A stretch of DNA of 47,882 nt from Sphingomonadaceae bacterium (GCA_050261575.1 JBLNDL010000086.1:1-47882), one strand, 5' to 3'. Shown: positions 9,515 to 18,946, numbered from the stretch's first letter. Program-made: numbers and translations. Notes: a model not told the origin generated them from the letters alone.

Positions 9515-9543
9515 AAGATGACACAGCCTAACCCTTATGTCAA
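9515..9543 (-). promoter_or_regulatory. Possible sigma70-type promoter P2 for NCS2
   Basis: TTGACA-N17-CATCTT with TG preceding the weak -10. Confidence 0.45.
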
Positions 9544-9552
9544 GCACCACCT

Positions 9553-9872
9553 CCTCGTGGCCCGCCGCCGACCTACCGATCCGGGCCGTTTGGCCGGGGG
9601 CGTCCACCCCCTCCAGGCCGTCGACCTCGCAGGAGCCGGCCGACACTCGGCGACGGAGTCCGCGGCTGGCCGCGGAGCTGCGAGCAACTTCCTTGGAGAC
9701 GAGGGCGGTTTCCTCTCCACCGGAACCCACGGGATGGGTTCCAGCAGAGGTCCCGGCCGACCCACTCTGGGCTGGCCGGATCCACGTGAAGGGGCAGCGA
9801 GGTTGGGCGCTGGGCAACGGCGGCCGGACAAGGGGCGGCCATCGCAGCCGCTGCTGACTGGCAAACCTCCAG
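9553..9872 (-). ncRNA. Candidate ~320-nt highly structured RNA (unknown family)
   Basis: Lies downstream of promoter P1; about ten nested, compatible helices found by eye, with G-U pairs that only work on the minus strand; no convincing ORF. Confidence 0.5.
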
Positions 9873-9877
9873 GCGAT

Positions 9878-9906
9878 AGTGTACAACCGGGGCCCCACCG
9901 TCGCAA
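9878..9906 (-). promoter_or_regulatory. Sigma70-type promoter P1
   Basis: TTGCGA-N17-TACACT on the minus strand. Confidence 0.65.
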
Positions 9907-10061
9907 GAGCCACCGGCTCACGGGCAATCAACTCAGCTTATGCGCCCCATAGAATCTCCATTGTTGACGGGGTTCTACCCCCATTCTAGAGTAGTCCGAC
10001 CCCTATGTCTGGAAGGTAGCCTGATGCGGCTATCAATCGTGCAGCCATATGGATGAAATGG

Positions 10062-10090
10062 TTGCCAGTTGTCCAGCTCACTGTTACTAT
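10062..10090 (+). promoter_or_regulatory. Sigma70-type promoter for tctCBA
   Basis: TTGCCA-N17-TACTAT with extended -10 TG. Confidence 0.65.
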
Positions 10091-10177
10091 GGCGCCGTTC
10101 GAGTGTAGGAGGTGCGGCCACAGGCAACCCGCGCCCAACCAGGGCGCGATCAACAGAAGAGGGAGGAGTGAGAACCC

Positions 10178-11152
10178 ATGCTGTCTAAGCGACTGTTGGT
10201 AGCACTGGCGATTCTCGTATCCCTGGCCGTGGTTGTCACTGCTGTCGCGGGATGCGGCAGCCTGGGTGGGGGAGAGAAGTTCCCCACCAAGCAGATAACC
10301 TACATGGTGACCTTCGACCCTGGAGGACAATCCGACCGGGAGGCTCGAAGGCAGCAGCCCCTCCTGGAGAAAGCCCTCGGACAGAAGGTGGTCATCGACT
10401 ACAAGGTTGGCGGCGGCGGCGCAATGGGTTGGGCCGAGGCCGCCCGAGGCAAGCCGGATGGCTACCAGGTCACCGGCATCAACATCCCGCACATCATCCT
10501 TCAGCCCATGCAGCAGGACGTTGGGTACAAGACCGAGCAGCTTCTACCCATCTCCTTGTTCCAGTCCACCCCTCAGGGGCTGATGGTCCTGAAGGACAGC
10601 CCCTACAAGGACCTCAAGAGCTTCGTGGACGAGGCGAAAAAGAACCCCGGCAAGCTTACCATCGGGGGCTCCGCCACCTGGTCCGGCTCCCACATAGCCA
10701 CCATGCGGCTAGAGAAGCTGACGGGCGCCAAGTTCGAGTACGTCCCCTTCACCGGTGCGGCCCCATCCGTTACTGCCTTCCTGGGCGGCCACGTCAACGC
10801 CCTGATGGCCAACTCCGACGACATCGTCAAGTACAAGGACCAGAGCATCCTGCTGGGCATCGCCGCCGAGGAGAGACTCCCCCAGATACCCGAAGGCAAG
10901 ACCTTCAAAGAGCAGGGGATCGACATGGTGGAGATCATCGCGCGAGGCGTCGCCGTGCCCGCCGGCACCCCTCAGAACGTGGTAGACGTCCTGGAGAAAG
11001 CCTTCATGGAGATCGCCAAGAACCCGGAGGTCGTCGAGGCGCAGAAGAAGGAAGGCTTCGTCCCCATCGCCATGAACAGCAAGGAGTCGAAGGCCTACAT
11101 CGAGAAGTTGATCCCGATCTACAAGGAGATCACCGCCGGGCTGAAGAAGTGA
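10178..11152 (+). CDS. tctC: Tripartite tricarboxylate transporter substrate-binding lipoprotein (Bug/TctC)
   Basis: Lipobox VAGC; FDPGGQSD, GGGGAMG, KPDGY, YVPFTGAA, LGGHV, RGVAVPAGTP. Confidence 0.93.
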   Translation: MLSKRLLVALAILVSLAVVVTAVAGCGSLGGGEKFPTKQITYMVTFDPGGQSDREARRQQPLLEKALGQKVVIDYKVGGGGAMGWAEAARGKPDGYQVTGINIPHIILQPMQQDVGYKTEQLLPISLFQSTPQGLMVLKDSPYKDLKSFVDEAKKNPGKLTIGGSATWSGSHIATMRLEKLTGAKFEYVPFTGAAPSVTAFLGGHVNALMANSDDIVKYKDQSILLGIAAEERLPQIPEGKTFKEQGIDMVEIIARGVAVPAGTPQNVVDVLEKAFMEIAKNPEVVEAQKKEGFVPIAMNSKESKAYIEKLIPIYKEITAGLKK

Positions 11153-11191
11153 CCGTGGGATCGGCCGCATCACCTACGCTGGAGGCCACCA

Positions 11192-11665
11192 ATGGTTAGG
11201 ACTATGCGGGCGGCCGACATCGCGGCCGGCGGCTTCTTGACCGCCCTGGGCATCGTGGCGCTGATGGCATCCTTCCAAATAGCGGGGACCGCGGGGGAGC
11301 GTTTGCACCCCCGCACCCTCCCCATCATCCTCAGTTGGATGATCCTGGCGGGGGGAATCGCCCTGTTCGTCAACGGGCTGCGCTACCGGGGCGAAGAGAA
11401 GCCGATCGACTGGCCCAGCGCTAAAGGCAGGCGCCGCGTCCTGATATCGATCCTATTCATCATCGTGTACATGGCCCTGCTGGATCCCCTCGGCTTTCCC
11501 CTCGCCACTATGATGTTCATCACCCTCCTCACCCGGTTTCTAGGGCGTTATCGAGTGTGGGCGGCAGCCTTGTGTGGTCTGGCAAGTGGGCTGGTTGTGC
11601 TTCTCCTGTTCATAGACCTCCTGGGACTCAGCTTCCCTCTGGGGCCGCTGGAGCTACTCTTCTGA
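11192..11665 (+). CDS. tctB: TctB small membrane subunit
   Basis: Four TM helices, PRTLP, LGF, LSFPLG; lies between tctC and tctA. Confidence 0.85.
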   Translation: MVRTMRAADIAAGGFLTALGIVALMASFQIAGTAGERLHPRTLPIILSWMILAGGIALFVNGLRYRGEEKPIDWPSAKGRRRVLISILFIIVYMALLDPLGFPLATMMFITLLTRFLGRYRVWAAALCGLASGLVVLLLFIDLLGLSFPLGPLELLF

Positions 11666-11695
11666 GCGCGCCCGAAGGGATTGGAGGGTCAAAGC

Positions 11696-13207
11696 ATGCT
11701 CTTCTCGTGGGACCTGCTGGCTCAGGGATTCGCGCAGGCCATCACCCCTGAGAACCTGATCTTCGCACTGGTTGGATGCCTGGTGGGCACCCTGGTCGGG
11801 GTGCTTCCGGGCATCGGGCCCACCTCGGCCATCGCCATCCTCCTGCCCCTCACCATGGTCCTGCCCCCCACGCCGGCCCTCATCATGATGGCCGCCATCT
11901 ACTACGGCGCCCAGTACGGCGGATCCACCACCGCCATCGTGGTCAACATCCCGGGCGAGGCATCCTCCGTCCCCACCACGCTGGACGGCTACCAACTGGC
12001 GAAGCAGGGGCGGGCCGGGCAAGCACTGGCCGTATCGGCGATCTCGTCGTTCGTCGCAGGCAGCGTCAGCCTGGTGGGACTCACCTTCTTCGCACCGGCC
12101 CTGGCCGGTGTCGCGCTCCGGTTCGGCCCGCCGGAGTACTTCGCCCTGATGTTCATGGCCCTCAGCCTGGTGGTCAGCCTCTCGGGGCGGGCGGTGCTGA
12201 AGGGCTTCATCGCCATGTCCATCGGCCTGATGGCCACCACCATCGGACTCGACCCCATCACCGGCGCTGCGCGCCTCACCTTCGGGATCGTGGACCTGAT
12301 GGGCGGGATCAACTTCATCAGCGTCATCATCGGCCTCTTCGCAATCGGCGAGGTGCTGGTCAACGTCGAGCGCGAGGTCGCCTTCATCTACACCAGCAAG
12401 ATCAAGGACCTGATGCCCTCCCTGGCCGATCTGAGGCGGGCCTTTGGCAGCATGCTGCGATCCTCGGCGGTGGGTTTCTTCATGGGACTGCTGCCGGGAT
12501 GCTCCCCGGCGGTGACGACCTTCGTCGCCTACGACCTGGAGAAGCGGTTCTCAAAGCACCCGGAGAGGTTCGGCACCGGCGTCCTCGAGGGGGTGGCCGC
12601 TCCGGAAGGAGCCAACAACGCCACCAGCAGCGGCGGCTTCGTGCCCCTCTTCGCCTTCGGTATCCCTGCGGGCCCGGCCCTCGCGGTGCTGATGGGCGGG
12701 CTGATGATGTACGGACTCCAGCCGGGCCCCAGGCTGTTCGAGGAGAAGCCCGACCTCGTGTGGGCGGTGATCGCCAGCATGTACATCGGTAACGTGATGC
12801 TGCTGGTGCTCAACCTCCCCCTCGTCGGGCTGTGGGCGCGCATCGCCATGGTCCCCTTCCCCATCCTGGGGCCCTTGATCGTCCTCTTCTCGATCATCGG
12901 CTCCTACAGCGTCCGCTACCAGCTCTTCGACGTATGGATGACCCTCGCGTTCGGCATCATCGGGTACCTGATGCGGAAGTTCGGCTTCCCCATGGCGCCG
13001 ATGGTGCTGGCCACGGTGCTCGGCCAGATGCTGGAGACCTCGCTGAAGCAGTCACTCAGCATGTCCCACGGCTCCTACGGCATCTTCTTCGTGCGACCCA
13101 TCTCCGTGGCCTTCGTGCTGCTCGGCATCATCGTGGTGGTCCGCGGTCTATGGACGCAGTATTGGGGCAAGACCGTCGAGTTGGCCGACGAGGGTGGCGA
13201 GGCCTGA
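11696..13207 (+). CDS. tctA: TctA large permease subunit
   Basis: GTLVGVLPGIG, YYGAQYGGS, NIPGE, GVAAPEGANNA, GLQPGP. Confidence 0.95.
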   Translation: MLFSWDLLAQGFAQAITPENLIFALVGCLVGTLVGVLPGIGPTSAIAILLPLTMVLPPTPALIMMAAIYYGAQYGGSTTAIVVNIPGEASSVPTTLDGYQLAKQGRAGQALAVSAISSFVAGSVSLVGLTFFAPALAGVALRFGPPEYFALMFMALSLVVSLSGRAVLKGFIAMSIGLMATTIGLDPITGAARLTFGIVDLMGGINFISVIIGLFAIGEVLVNVEREVAFIYTSKIKDLMPSLADLRRAFGSMLRSSAVGFFMGLLPGCSPAVTTFVAYDLEKRFSKHPERFGTGVLEGVAAPEGANNATSSGGFVPLFAFGIPAGPALAVLMGGLMMYGLQPGPRLFEEKPDLVWAVIASMYIGNVMLLVLNLPLVGLWARIAMVPFPILGPLIVLFSIIGSYSVRYQLFDVWMTLAFGIIGYLMRKFGFPMAPMVLATVLGQMLETSLKQSLSMSHGSYGIFFVRPISVAFVLLGIIVVVRGLWTQYWGKTVELADEGGEA

Positions 13208-13235
13208 CCTCCACGCCAACGGGTTGTGGGCTCAA

Positions 13236-13339
13236 TACTGAGTCCTGAGTACCGAGTCCTGGGTGGTTCCGGGTTCTGAGTTCTGGTAAGGTCGTGGCCG
13301 ACCACTCAGGACCCAGGACCCAGGACTCGGCACTCGACA
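13236..13339. repeat. Heptamer-tandem palindrome
   Basis: TACTGAG TCCTGAG TACCGAG TCCTGGG ... TTCTGAG facing CTCAGGA CCCAGGA CCCAGGA CTCGGCA CTCGACA, between convergent genes. Confidence 0.8.
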
Positions 13340-13407
13340 CCACCCAGTAGCCGCAGGTCTTACGCCTGCGCGCACCCGCGAGGATGCGGCTACTGTCTTG
13401 TCGATTG

Positions 13408-14400
13408 CTACGGCATCGGCATCGCCGTGGGTATCGCCATCGGGGTGTCCGTCGGCATCGGCGTGTCTGTCGGGATCGCCGTCGGCGTAAGGGTCGCCGT
13501 CGGGGTGTCCGTCGGCATCGGCGTGCCGGTTGTCGGCGTCGCCGTCATGGTCGGGCTGGCCATGGGGGCGGCGGGCGTCGGGCTCGCCGCGGGGACGAAG
13601 CCATACTCCTGGCGCAGATGGGTCTCCATCACGGCCACCAGGTCGTCCATCGCCGCAGCCAGGTTGCCAGTCAGACTCTCCAACTCCCGGGTGGACAGTT
13701 GGCCAAGCTGCTGCCGTATGTTCACCAGCACAATCTGCATTCGATCGAGCAAAGCGATGATATCGTCCGCTGTCGGCTGGTCGGCCGCAAGCTGCATCTC
13801 CTCCTGGCGGATCTGATCGACCATCGCCATCATCTGCTCGGGTCCCATGGCCACCATTCCGGCCGTGGGCGTGGGGGTGGTCCCCGTCATGGCACCCGGC
13901 GTCATCATCGTGGGGCCTGGAGTGCCCGTGGCGTTCTGGCGAGCGTGGGTGTCTACCACCCGGGTCATCTCCAGCATGACGTTGCCCATCATCTGAAGCG
14001 CCTGGTCCCGCTCGGCCGGGGTCATCTGGGACACCTCCAGGTGAACCTCGGCCATCAGGTCGGCCGCTCGCTGAGTCATGTAGTACAGATCGTTGGCCGT
14101 GGGGGTACCGGCAGCCAAGATCCGTAGCTGCTCCAGGAACCGATCCATCTCCTGCAACGTGCCCTGTATCCTCAGAGGCCCGGGCGTCCCCAGCGTCCGC
14201 GTCGCCACGGCCGTCGCTCGGGCGCCCAACACCTCGCCCGTAGGTGTGGCCATCGCCGGTCCCGGAGTGCTGAAGCGAGACGATGGGGCGCCGCCAGCCT
14301 GCCCGACGTCAGCCCCCTCCGGTGCGGGCGCGCATGCCGCCACCAGCAGCCCTATGGCCGCCCCCAACACGAAGAGGGAGCGCATCGCCATTCGTCGCAT
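13408..14400 (-). CDS. Hypothetical Met-rich lipoprotein with duplicated helical domain and Pro/Thr-rich tail
   Basis: SD AGGAGG, ATG 14400, lipobox VAAC; two ~75-aa repeats; C-terminal PTDTPM repeats. Confidence 0.75.
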   Translation of the reverse strand: MRRMAMRSLFVLGAAIGLLVAACAPAPEGADVGQAGGAPSSRFSTPGPAMATPTGEVLGARATAVATRTLGTPGPLRIQGTLQEMDRFLEQLRILAAGTPTANDLYYMTQRAADLMAEVHLEVSQMTPAERDQALQMMGNVMLEMTRVVDTHARQNATGTPGPTMMTPGAMTGTTPTPTAGMVAMGPEQMMAMVDQIRQEEMQLAADQPTADDIIALLDRMQIVLVNIRQQLGQLSTRELESLTGNLAAAMDDLVAVMETHLRQEYGFVPAASPTPAAPMASPTMTATPTTGTPMPTDTPTATLTPTAIPTDTPMPTDTPMAIPTAMPMP

Positions 14401-14584
14401 TCTATCCTCCTGTTCGGTTTCTACGCGCTGCCATTGCTTCGCACGGCTATCAGTCGGCTCTTCTGCCGACCGGCCAGGGGGAGGCAAGATGCGGGCCTGC
14501 TTTTCCTCTACCGCTGCCGTGGCATGGCCTGTGCTCGCTTCTCCGACCCACGCCGACGTATGGGGAGCCCGGGGAGGACGGAGG

Positions 14585-15757
14585 ATGCCAAATCGCAGGA
14601 TCAGGGTGGGAATCAACGGATACGGGGTGATCGGCAAGAGGGTAGCCGACGCGGTGGCCCTCCAGGACGACATGGAGCTGGTGGGCGTCGCCGACGTCGC
14701 CCGCGACTATCGGGTGCGGGTCGCCGCTGAGAGGGGCTATCCCATCTACGCCGCCCTGCCCCACTTGCGCTACTCCATGGAGGAAGCCGGCCTGCCGATC
14801 GCGGGCACTCTGGACAACCTCCTGCAGATGGTGGACGTGATCGTCGATTGCACCCCCAAGGGAATAGGCAGCAGCAACAAAGAGAAGTACGATCGGGCGG
14901 GCGTGAAAGCCATCTGGCAGGGAGGCGAGCGACACCAGTTGGCTGGGCTCTCCTTCGTCGCCCAGATCAACTACGCCGAGGCCCTGAACCAGCGATACGC
15001 CAGGGTGGTCTCCTGCAACACCACCGGCCTCTGCCGGGTCATCTGGGCCCTCCACCAGCGAGGGTGGGTGAAGCGAGCCAGAGCGGTGCTGATGCGCAGG
15101 GGGACGGACCCCTGGGAAAGCCACCAGAACGGTATGATCAACACCGCCATTCCAGAAACCAAGGTGCCCAGCCACCAGGGACCCGACGCCCAGACGGTGA
15201 TCCGGGGCCTGGACATCACGACACTTGCGGGCGCGGGCCCCTACGACCTCAGCCACCTGCACTTCGCCATGGTGGAGACGACGAGGCCGGTGAGCGTGGA
15301 GGAGCTGCGACTGGCGCTGTGGGAAGCCCCGCGCGTCACCTTTGTCCACGGCTCCGACGGTCTGGTGGCACTGAACTCCGTCATCGAGTTGATGCGCGAC
15401 CTCCGCAGGCCCCGCAACGACATGTGGGAGGTGGCAGTGTGGGAGGACGCCCTCGCCTCCGACGGTCACGAGCTGTACATCACCTTCCAGGTCCACAACG
15501 AGGCGGTGGCGATCCCCGAAAACGTCGACTGCATCCGTGCGCTGACGGGCATCGAGACGGACGCGGCCGCGTCCATACAGAAGACCGACAGGAGCATGGG
15601 CATCGTGAAGAACTTCCTGCCCGCCACCATCAGGGAGGAAGGGAAGGCTCCCACCCTCGCCGAGGCGTTCGGCTCCATGCGCAGCCGCTACATGGAAGAG
15701 AGCTTCAAGGGCGCCGAGGAGCCGGCCGAGCCCGAGCCCACTCAACAGCAAGAGTAG
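14585..15757 (+). CDS. Type II (archaeal-type) glyceraldehyde-3-phosphate dehydrogenase
   Basis: GINGYGVIGKRVADAV, VDCTPKG, QGGE, VVSCNTTGL, PSHQGPD, HNEAVAIPENVDCIRA; SD GGAGG before ATG 14585. Confidence 0.92.
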   Translation: MPNRRIRVGINGYGVIGKRVADAVALQDDMELVGVADVARDYRVRVAAERGYPIYAALPHLRYSMEEAGLPIAGTLDNLLQMVDVIVDCTPKGIGSSNKEKYDRAGVKAIWQGGERHQLAGLSFVAQINYAEALNQRYARVVSCNTTGLCRVIWALHQRGWVKRARAVLMRRGTDPWESHQNGMINTAIPETKVPSHQGPDAQTVIRGLDITTLAGAGPYDLSHLHFAMVETTRPVSVEELRLALWEAPRVTFVHGSDGLVALNSVIELMRDLRRPRNDMWEVAVWEDALASDGHELYITFQVHNEAVAIPENVDCIRALTGIETDAAASIQKTDRSMGIVKNFLPATIREEGKAPTLAEAFGSMRSRYMEESFKGAEEPAEPEPTQQQE

Positions 15758-15852
15758 GCAGCTTCATCCCAGCTTTCTTCTTCTGCACGTCTGCGTTATC
15801 ATGGGCTCCTCACCTCACCGCGTGACCCACCATTTCCAAGCCGAAGATCCGA

Positions 15853-16962
15853 TTGTCGACCGCTCAACGCTACGATGTCATCGTGATAGGAGCCGGACCC
15901 GCAGGCAGCACGGCCGCTCTCCGACTGGCCGAGGCGGGTTTCTCGGTCCTCCTGATGGAGAGGGAACCGCTGCCCAGGGAGAAGCCCTGTGGCGGCGGCC
16001 TCACCCCCAAAGCCTGGCCCCTTCTGCCCGTCGCGATCGACGACCTGGTGCTGAACCGTGCCGACGCGGTGCGAGTCCATGCCGGCAGGGGGGTCTCAGC
16101 CCGTTTCCGCGCCCGGCACTGGGCCATCTGGATGGTTAGGCGGCCGGAACTGGACCTCCGGCTGGCCCGCGAGGCAGCACGCCGTGGCGCCGATCTGCAC
16201 GAGGGCGAGACCTTCCGCACCCTAGATCGGGAGGGCGGTCTGTGCGTCGTATCAGGTAACGCGAGCTACCGAGCCCGCGTGGTGATTGGCGCCGACGGCG
16301 CCGAGAGCCGGGTGGCGCGCCTGCTGGGTTTGCCCCGCCCCAGTCGGTGGATGGTCGCCCTGGAGACCGAGGTGGAGGTGGAGGGCGATCCGCTGGCGGG
16401 CGAGGCCATCGTGGATCTGGGAATACCCCACGGCTACGCTTGGGTCTTCCCCAAGGGAAGGCTGTACAACGTGGGGCTCGGCACTTTCCATCCCGGCCGT
16501 ACCAGGGAGTTGCGATGGAGGTTCCGTCGCTTCGTGGAGGATACAGGTCTCTTCGCCAACCGCACCCTGGCACCGGTCGGACATCGCATCCCGACCGGCC
16601 TCCCGCCCGGCCCGCTGCACCGCGACAACGTCCTGTTGGTGGGGGACGCCGCGGGCGTCGCCGATCCCTACTTCGGAGAGGGCATCTCCTACGCCCTGCT
16701 GACGGCCCATCTCGCCTCGGACGCGGTGGTGGAGTACCTGACCGGCAGAAGCCGCGATCTGTCCCACTACAGCCGACGGGTCAAGGCGGCCCTCGGGGCG
16801 GACATGCGGCTCTGGCGTCTGGCCGCCGCGGCGTTGCATCGCTGCCCCGGCCTCGCGCTCAGGATCCTGGACGCCAGCGACGCGCTGCAGGCTCGTGTGG
16901 AGAGAACCATAGCCGGTGAGTCGGGGTTCTGCCGGCATTGGCGCGGAGAGGATGCACGATGA
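15853..16962 (+). CDS. Geranylgeranyl reductase family flavoprotein
   Basis: IGAGPAGS, REKPCGGG, IGADGAES, GYAWVFPK, VGDAAGVADPYFGEGISYA. Confidence 0.9.
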   Translation: MSTAQRYDVIVIGAGPAGSTAALRLAEAGFSVLLMEREPLPREKPCGGGLTPKAWPLLPVAIDDLVLNRADAVRVHAGRGVSARFRARHWAIWMVRRPELDLRLAREAARRGADLHEGETFRTLDREGGLCVVSGNASYRARVVIGADGAESRVARLLGLPRPSRWMVALETEVEVEGDPLAGEAIVDLGIPHGYAWVFPKGRLYNVGLGTFHPGRTRELRWRFRRFVEDTGLFANRTLAPVGHRIPTGLPPGPLHRDNVLLVGDAAGVADPYFGEGISYALLTAHLASDAVVEYLTGRSRDLSHYSRRVKAALGADMRLWRLAAAALHRCPGLALRILDASDALQARVERTIAGESGFCRHWRGEDAR

Positions 16963-16991
16963 GAAAGCCCTGCCCCAGGGGCACGACCGCG

Positions 16992-17020
16992 TTGCCCCTG
17001 GTAACCCCCTATGCTAGACT
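16992..17020 (+). promoter_or_regulatory. Sigma70-type promoter for accDA
   Basis: TTGCCC-N17-TAGACT with extended -10 TG. Confidence 0.55.
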
Positions 17021-17178
17021 ACGGCCGGCTCGAAGGGCTCAGATTCCGCCGCACATTCCCTCGTCGACGAGAGTTGCGCGATGGAGAGCCTTCGGCGCGC
17101 AGCGTCGGAGACTGTCTCCGACGCCACAGGACCGGCTTCCCGGAGGCACCGAGTGAGACCCGTTGTTGAGCTGGCGAC

Positions 17179-18051
17179 GTGAGAAACCTGTTCCGGAAGA
17201 ACCCCAAATACTTCACGATACCCACCGACCACACCCCGCGAGAGATCCCCGAGAACCTGTGGGTTCGCTGCCAACGCTGCGGCGAGATGCTCTACGTGAA
17301 GGAGTTCGAGAGAAACCTGAAGGTATGCCCGAAGTGCGACTATCACTTCCGGCTGTCGGCCAGGGAGAGAATCGACCTCCTGTTGGATCAGGGGAGCTTC
17401 GTGGAAAGGGATGCGAATCTGGAGCCGGGGGACCCCCTGGGCTTCGTCAGCCTGGGTGAGGCGTACCCCACCAAGATCGCCAAGACCCAGAGCAGGACCT
17501 CCCTGCGGGAGGCCGTGATTTGCGGCAGCGGGGAGTTGGAGGGCATCCCCGTTCAGATCGCCGCGGCCGACTTCTCCTTCCTTGGGGCGAGCATGGGCTC
17601 CGTGGTGGGGGAGAAGATCGTTCGCACGGTGGAGCGATCCCTGGCATCCCGCCAACCTCTGGTGATAGTGAGTTGCTCGGGCGGCGCCAGGATGCACGAG
17701 GGGATCTTCTCCCTGATGCAGATGGCCAAGACCTCGGCGGCACTCGCCCGACTCTCCAGGTCGGCGATCCCCTACATATCGGTCCTCACCGACCCCACCA
17801 CCGGCGGCGTCACCGCCAGCTACGCGAGCCTGGGGGACGTGAGCATCGCCGAGCCGGGGGCGCTCATCGGCTTCGCGGGTCCGCGGGTGATCGAGCAGAT
17901 AACGAAGCAGAAGCTGCCGCCGGGCTTCCAGACGGCCGAGTTCCTCCTGGAACACGGAATGATAGACATGGTGGTCCACAGGCGCGAACTGAGGCCGACT
18001 ATCGGCAGGCTGCTACGTCTCTACAAGAGGGCCCCGGCGTATGGCAGCTAA
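17179..18051 (+). CDS. accD: Acetyl-CoA carboxylase carboxyltransferase beta subunit
   Basis: CQRC/CPKC zinc finger, [31 protein letters not shown]. Confidence 0.96.
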   Translation: MRNLFRKNPKYFTIPTDHTPREIPENLWVRCQRCGEMLYVKEFERNLKVCPKCDYHFRLSARERIDLLLDQGSFVERDANLEPGDPLGFVSLGEAYPTKIAKTQSRTSLREAVICGSGELEGIPVQIAAADFSFLGASMGSVVGEKIVRTVERSLASRQPLVIVSCSGGARMHEGIFSLMQMAKTSAALARLSRSAIPYISVLTDPTTGGVTASYASLGDVSIAEPGALIGFAGPRVIEQITKQKLPPGFQTAEFLLEHGMIDMVVHRRELRPTIGRLLRLYKRAPAYGS

Positions 18052-18946
18052 TCTTCACAACCGCTGGGAGGAGTCGCCGATGGTGCCCGACGCTCCCGGG
18101 CCGGAGGCCATCCCTGCGCGGGAGCCTCAGCAACTCTCGGCGTGGGAGAGGCTGGCCCTGGCCCGGCACGCCGGCCGCCCCCACACCCTGGACTACGCCC
18201 GCCTGGCCTTCGCCGACTTCATGGAGCTTCGGGGCGACAGGCTGTTCGGCGACGACCACGCCATCGTGGGGGGACCCGCCCGCCTAGGCGACGAGACGGT
18301 GATGGTGATCGGCCACCAGAAGGGGCGGAACACCAAGGAGAACCTGGCCAGGCACTTCGGCATGCCTAAGCCGGAGGGCTACCGCAAGGCCCTGCGGCTG
18401 ATGAAGCAGGCCGAGCAGTTCGGGATGGCCGTCATCACCTTGATCGACACCCCTGCCGCCGACCCCGGCATCCAGTCTGAGGAGCGAGGCCAGGCGCAGG
18501 CCATCGCCACCAACCTGCTCGAGATGTCGAGGCTGCGCACCCCCCTGATCTCCGTGGTGATCGGCGAGGGGGGAAGCGGCGGCGCCCTGGCCATCGGGGT
18601 AACGGACCGAATACTGATGCTGGAGAACGCGGTCTACTCGGTGGTCTCCCCCGAGGGCTGCGCCGCGATCCTGTGGAAAGACGCCGCCCAGGCACCCAGG
18701 GCAGCGGAGGCGATGCGAATCTCCGCCCACGACCTGCTGGAGTTCGGCATCATCGACGAGGTGCTTCCCGAGCCGCCCGGCGGCGCCCACCTCGACCACG
18801 AGTGGGCGGCTGCCCAGCTTCGAACCGCCCTCCTTCGCCACCTGCGGGAGCTGCGCTCCACCTACGGCTCGGGCCACCGCCTGCTGACGGAGAGGCTGCT
18901 GGAAGACCGATGGCAACGATTCCGCCGCATCGGGGTGTTTGGCTAG
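18041..18946 (+). CDS. accA: Acetyl-CoA carboxylase carboxyltransferase alpha subunit
   Basis: [50 protein letters not shown]. Confidence 0.96.
   Translation: MAANLHNRWEESPMVPDAPGPEAIPAREPQQLSAWERLALARHAGRPHTLDYARLAFADFMELRGDRLFGDDHAIVGGPARLGDETVMVIGHQKGRNTKENLARHFGMPKPEGYRKALRLMKQAEQFGMAVITLIDTPAADPGIQSEERGQAQAIATNLLEMSRLRTPLISVVIGEGGSGGALAIGVTDRILMLENAVYSVVSPEGCAAILWKDAAQAPRAAEAMRISAHDLLEFGIIDEVLPEPPGGAHLDHEWAAAQLRTALLRHLRELRSTYGSGHRLLTERLLEDRWQRFRRIGVFG

Noticed and set aside
9545..9875. RNase P RNA, tmRNA or SRP RNA identity for the structured region
   Set aside because: No GAGGAAAGUCC or RNase P 3' conserved region, no tRNA-like ends with CCA, and no SRP helix-8 motif seen on either strand
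9443..9952. Several 89-162 aa ORFs in the NCS2-tctC intergenic region
   Set aside because: Low-complexity Arg/Pro/Gly/Ala translations with no motifs or proper SD-start pairing; the region is better explained by promoters and RNA structure
9950..9990. GGTTCTACC resembling a purine riboswitch core
   Set aside because: Wrong strand for the permease and lacks the P2/P3 loop consensus; it is simply a short inverted repeat
13236..13339. Possible CRISPR array (also 26007-26084)
   Set aside because: 7-bp units with no unique spacers, and no cas genes
14093..14584. Long N-terminal extensions from the ORF track (GAPDH; also pfkA, glcD1, enolase, VOC, clpC)
   Set aside because: Family homology and SD sequences begin at downstream starts; the extensions overlap other genes, promoters or repeats
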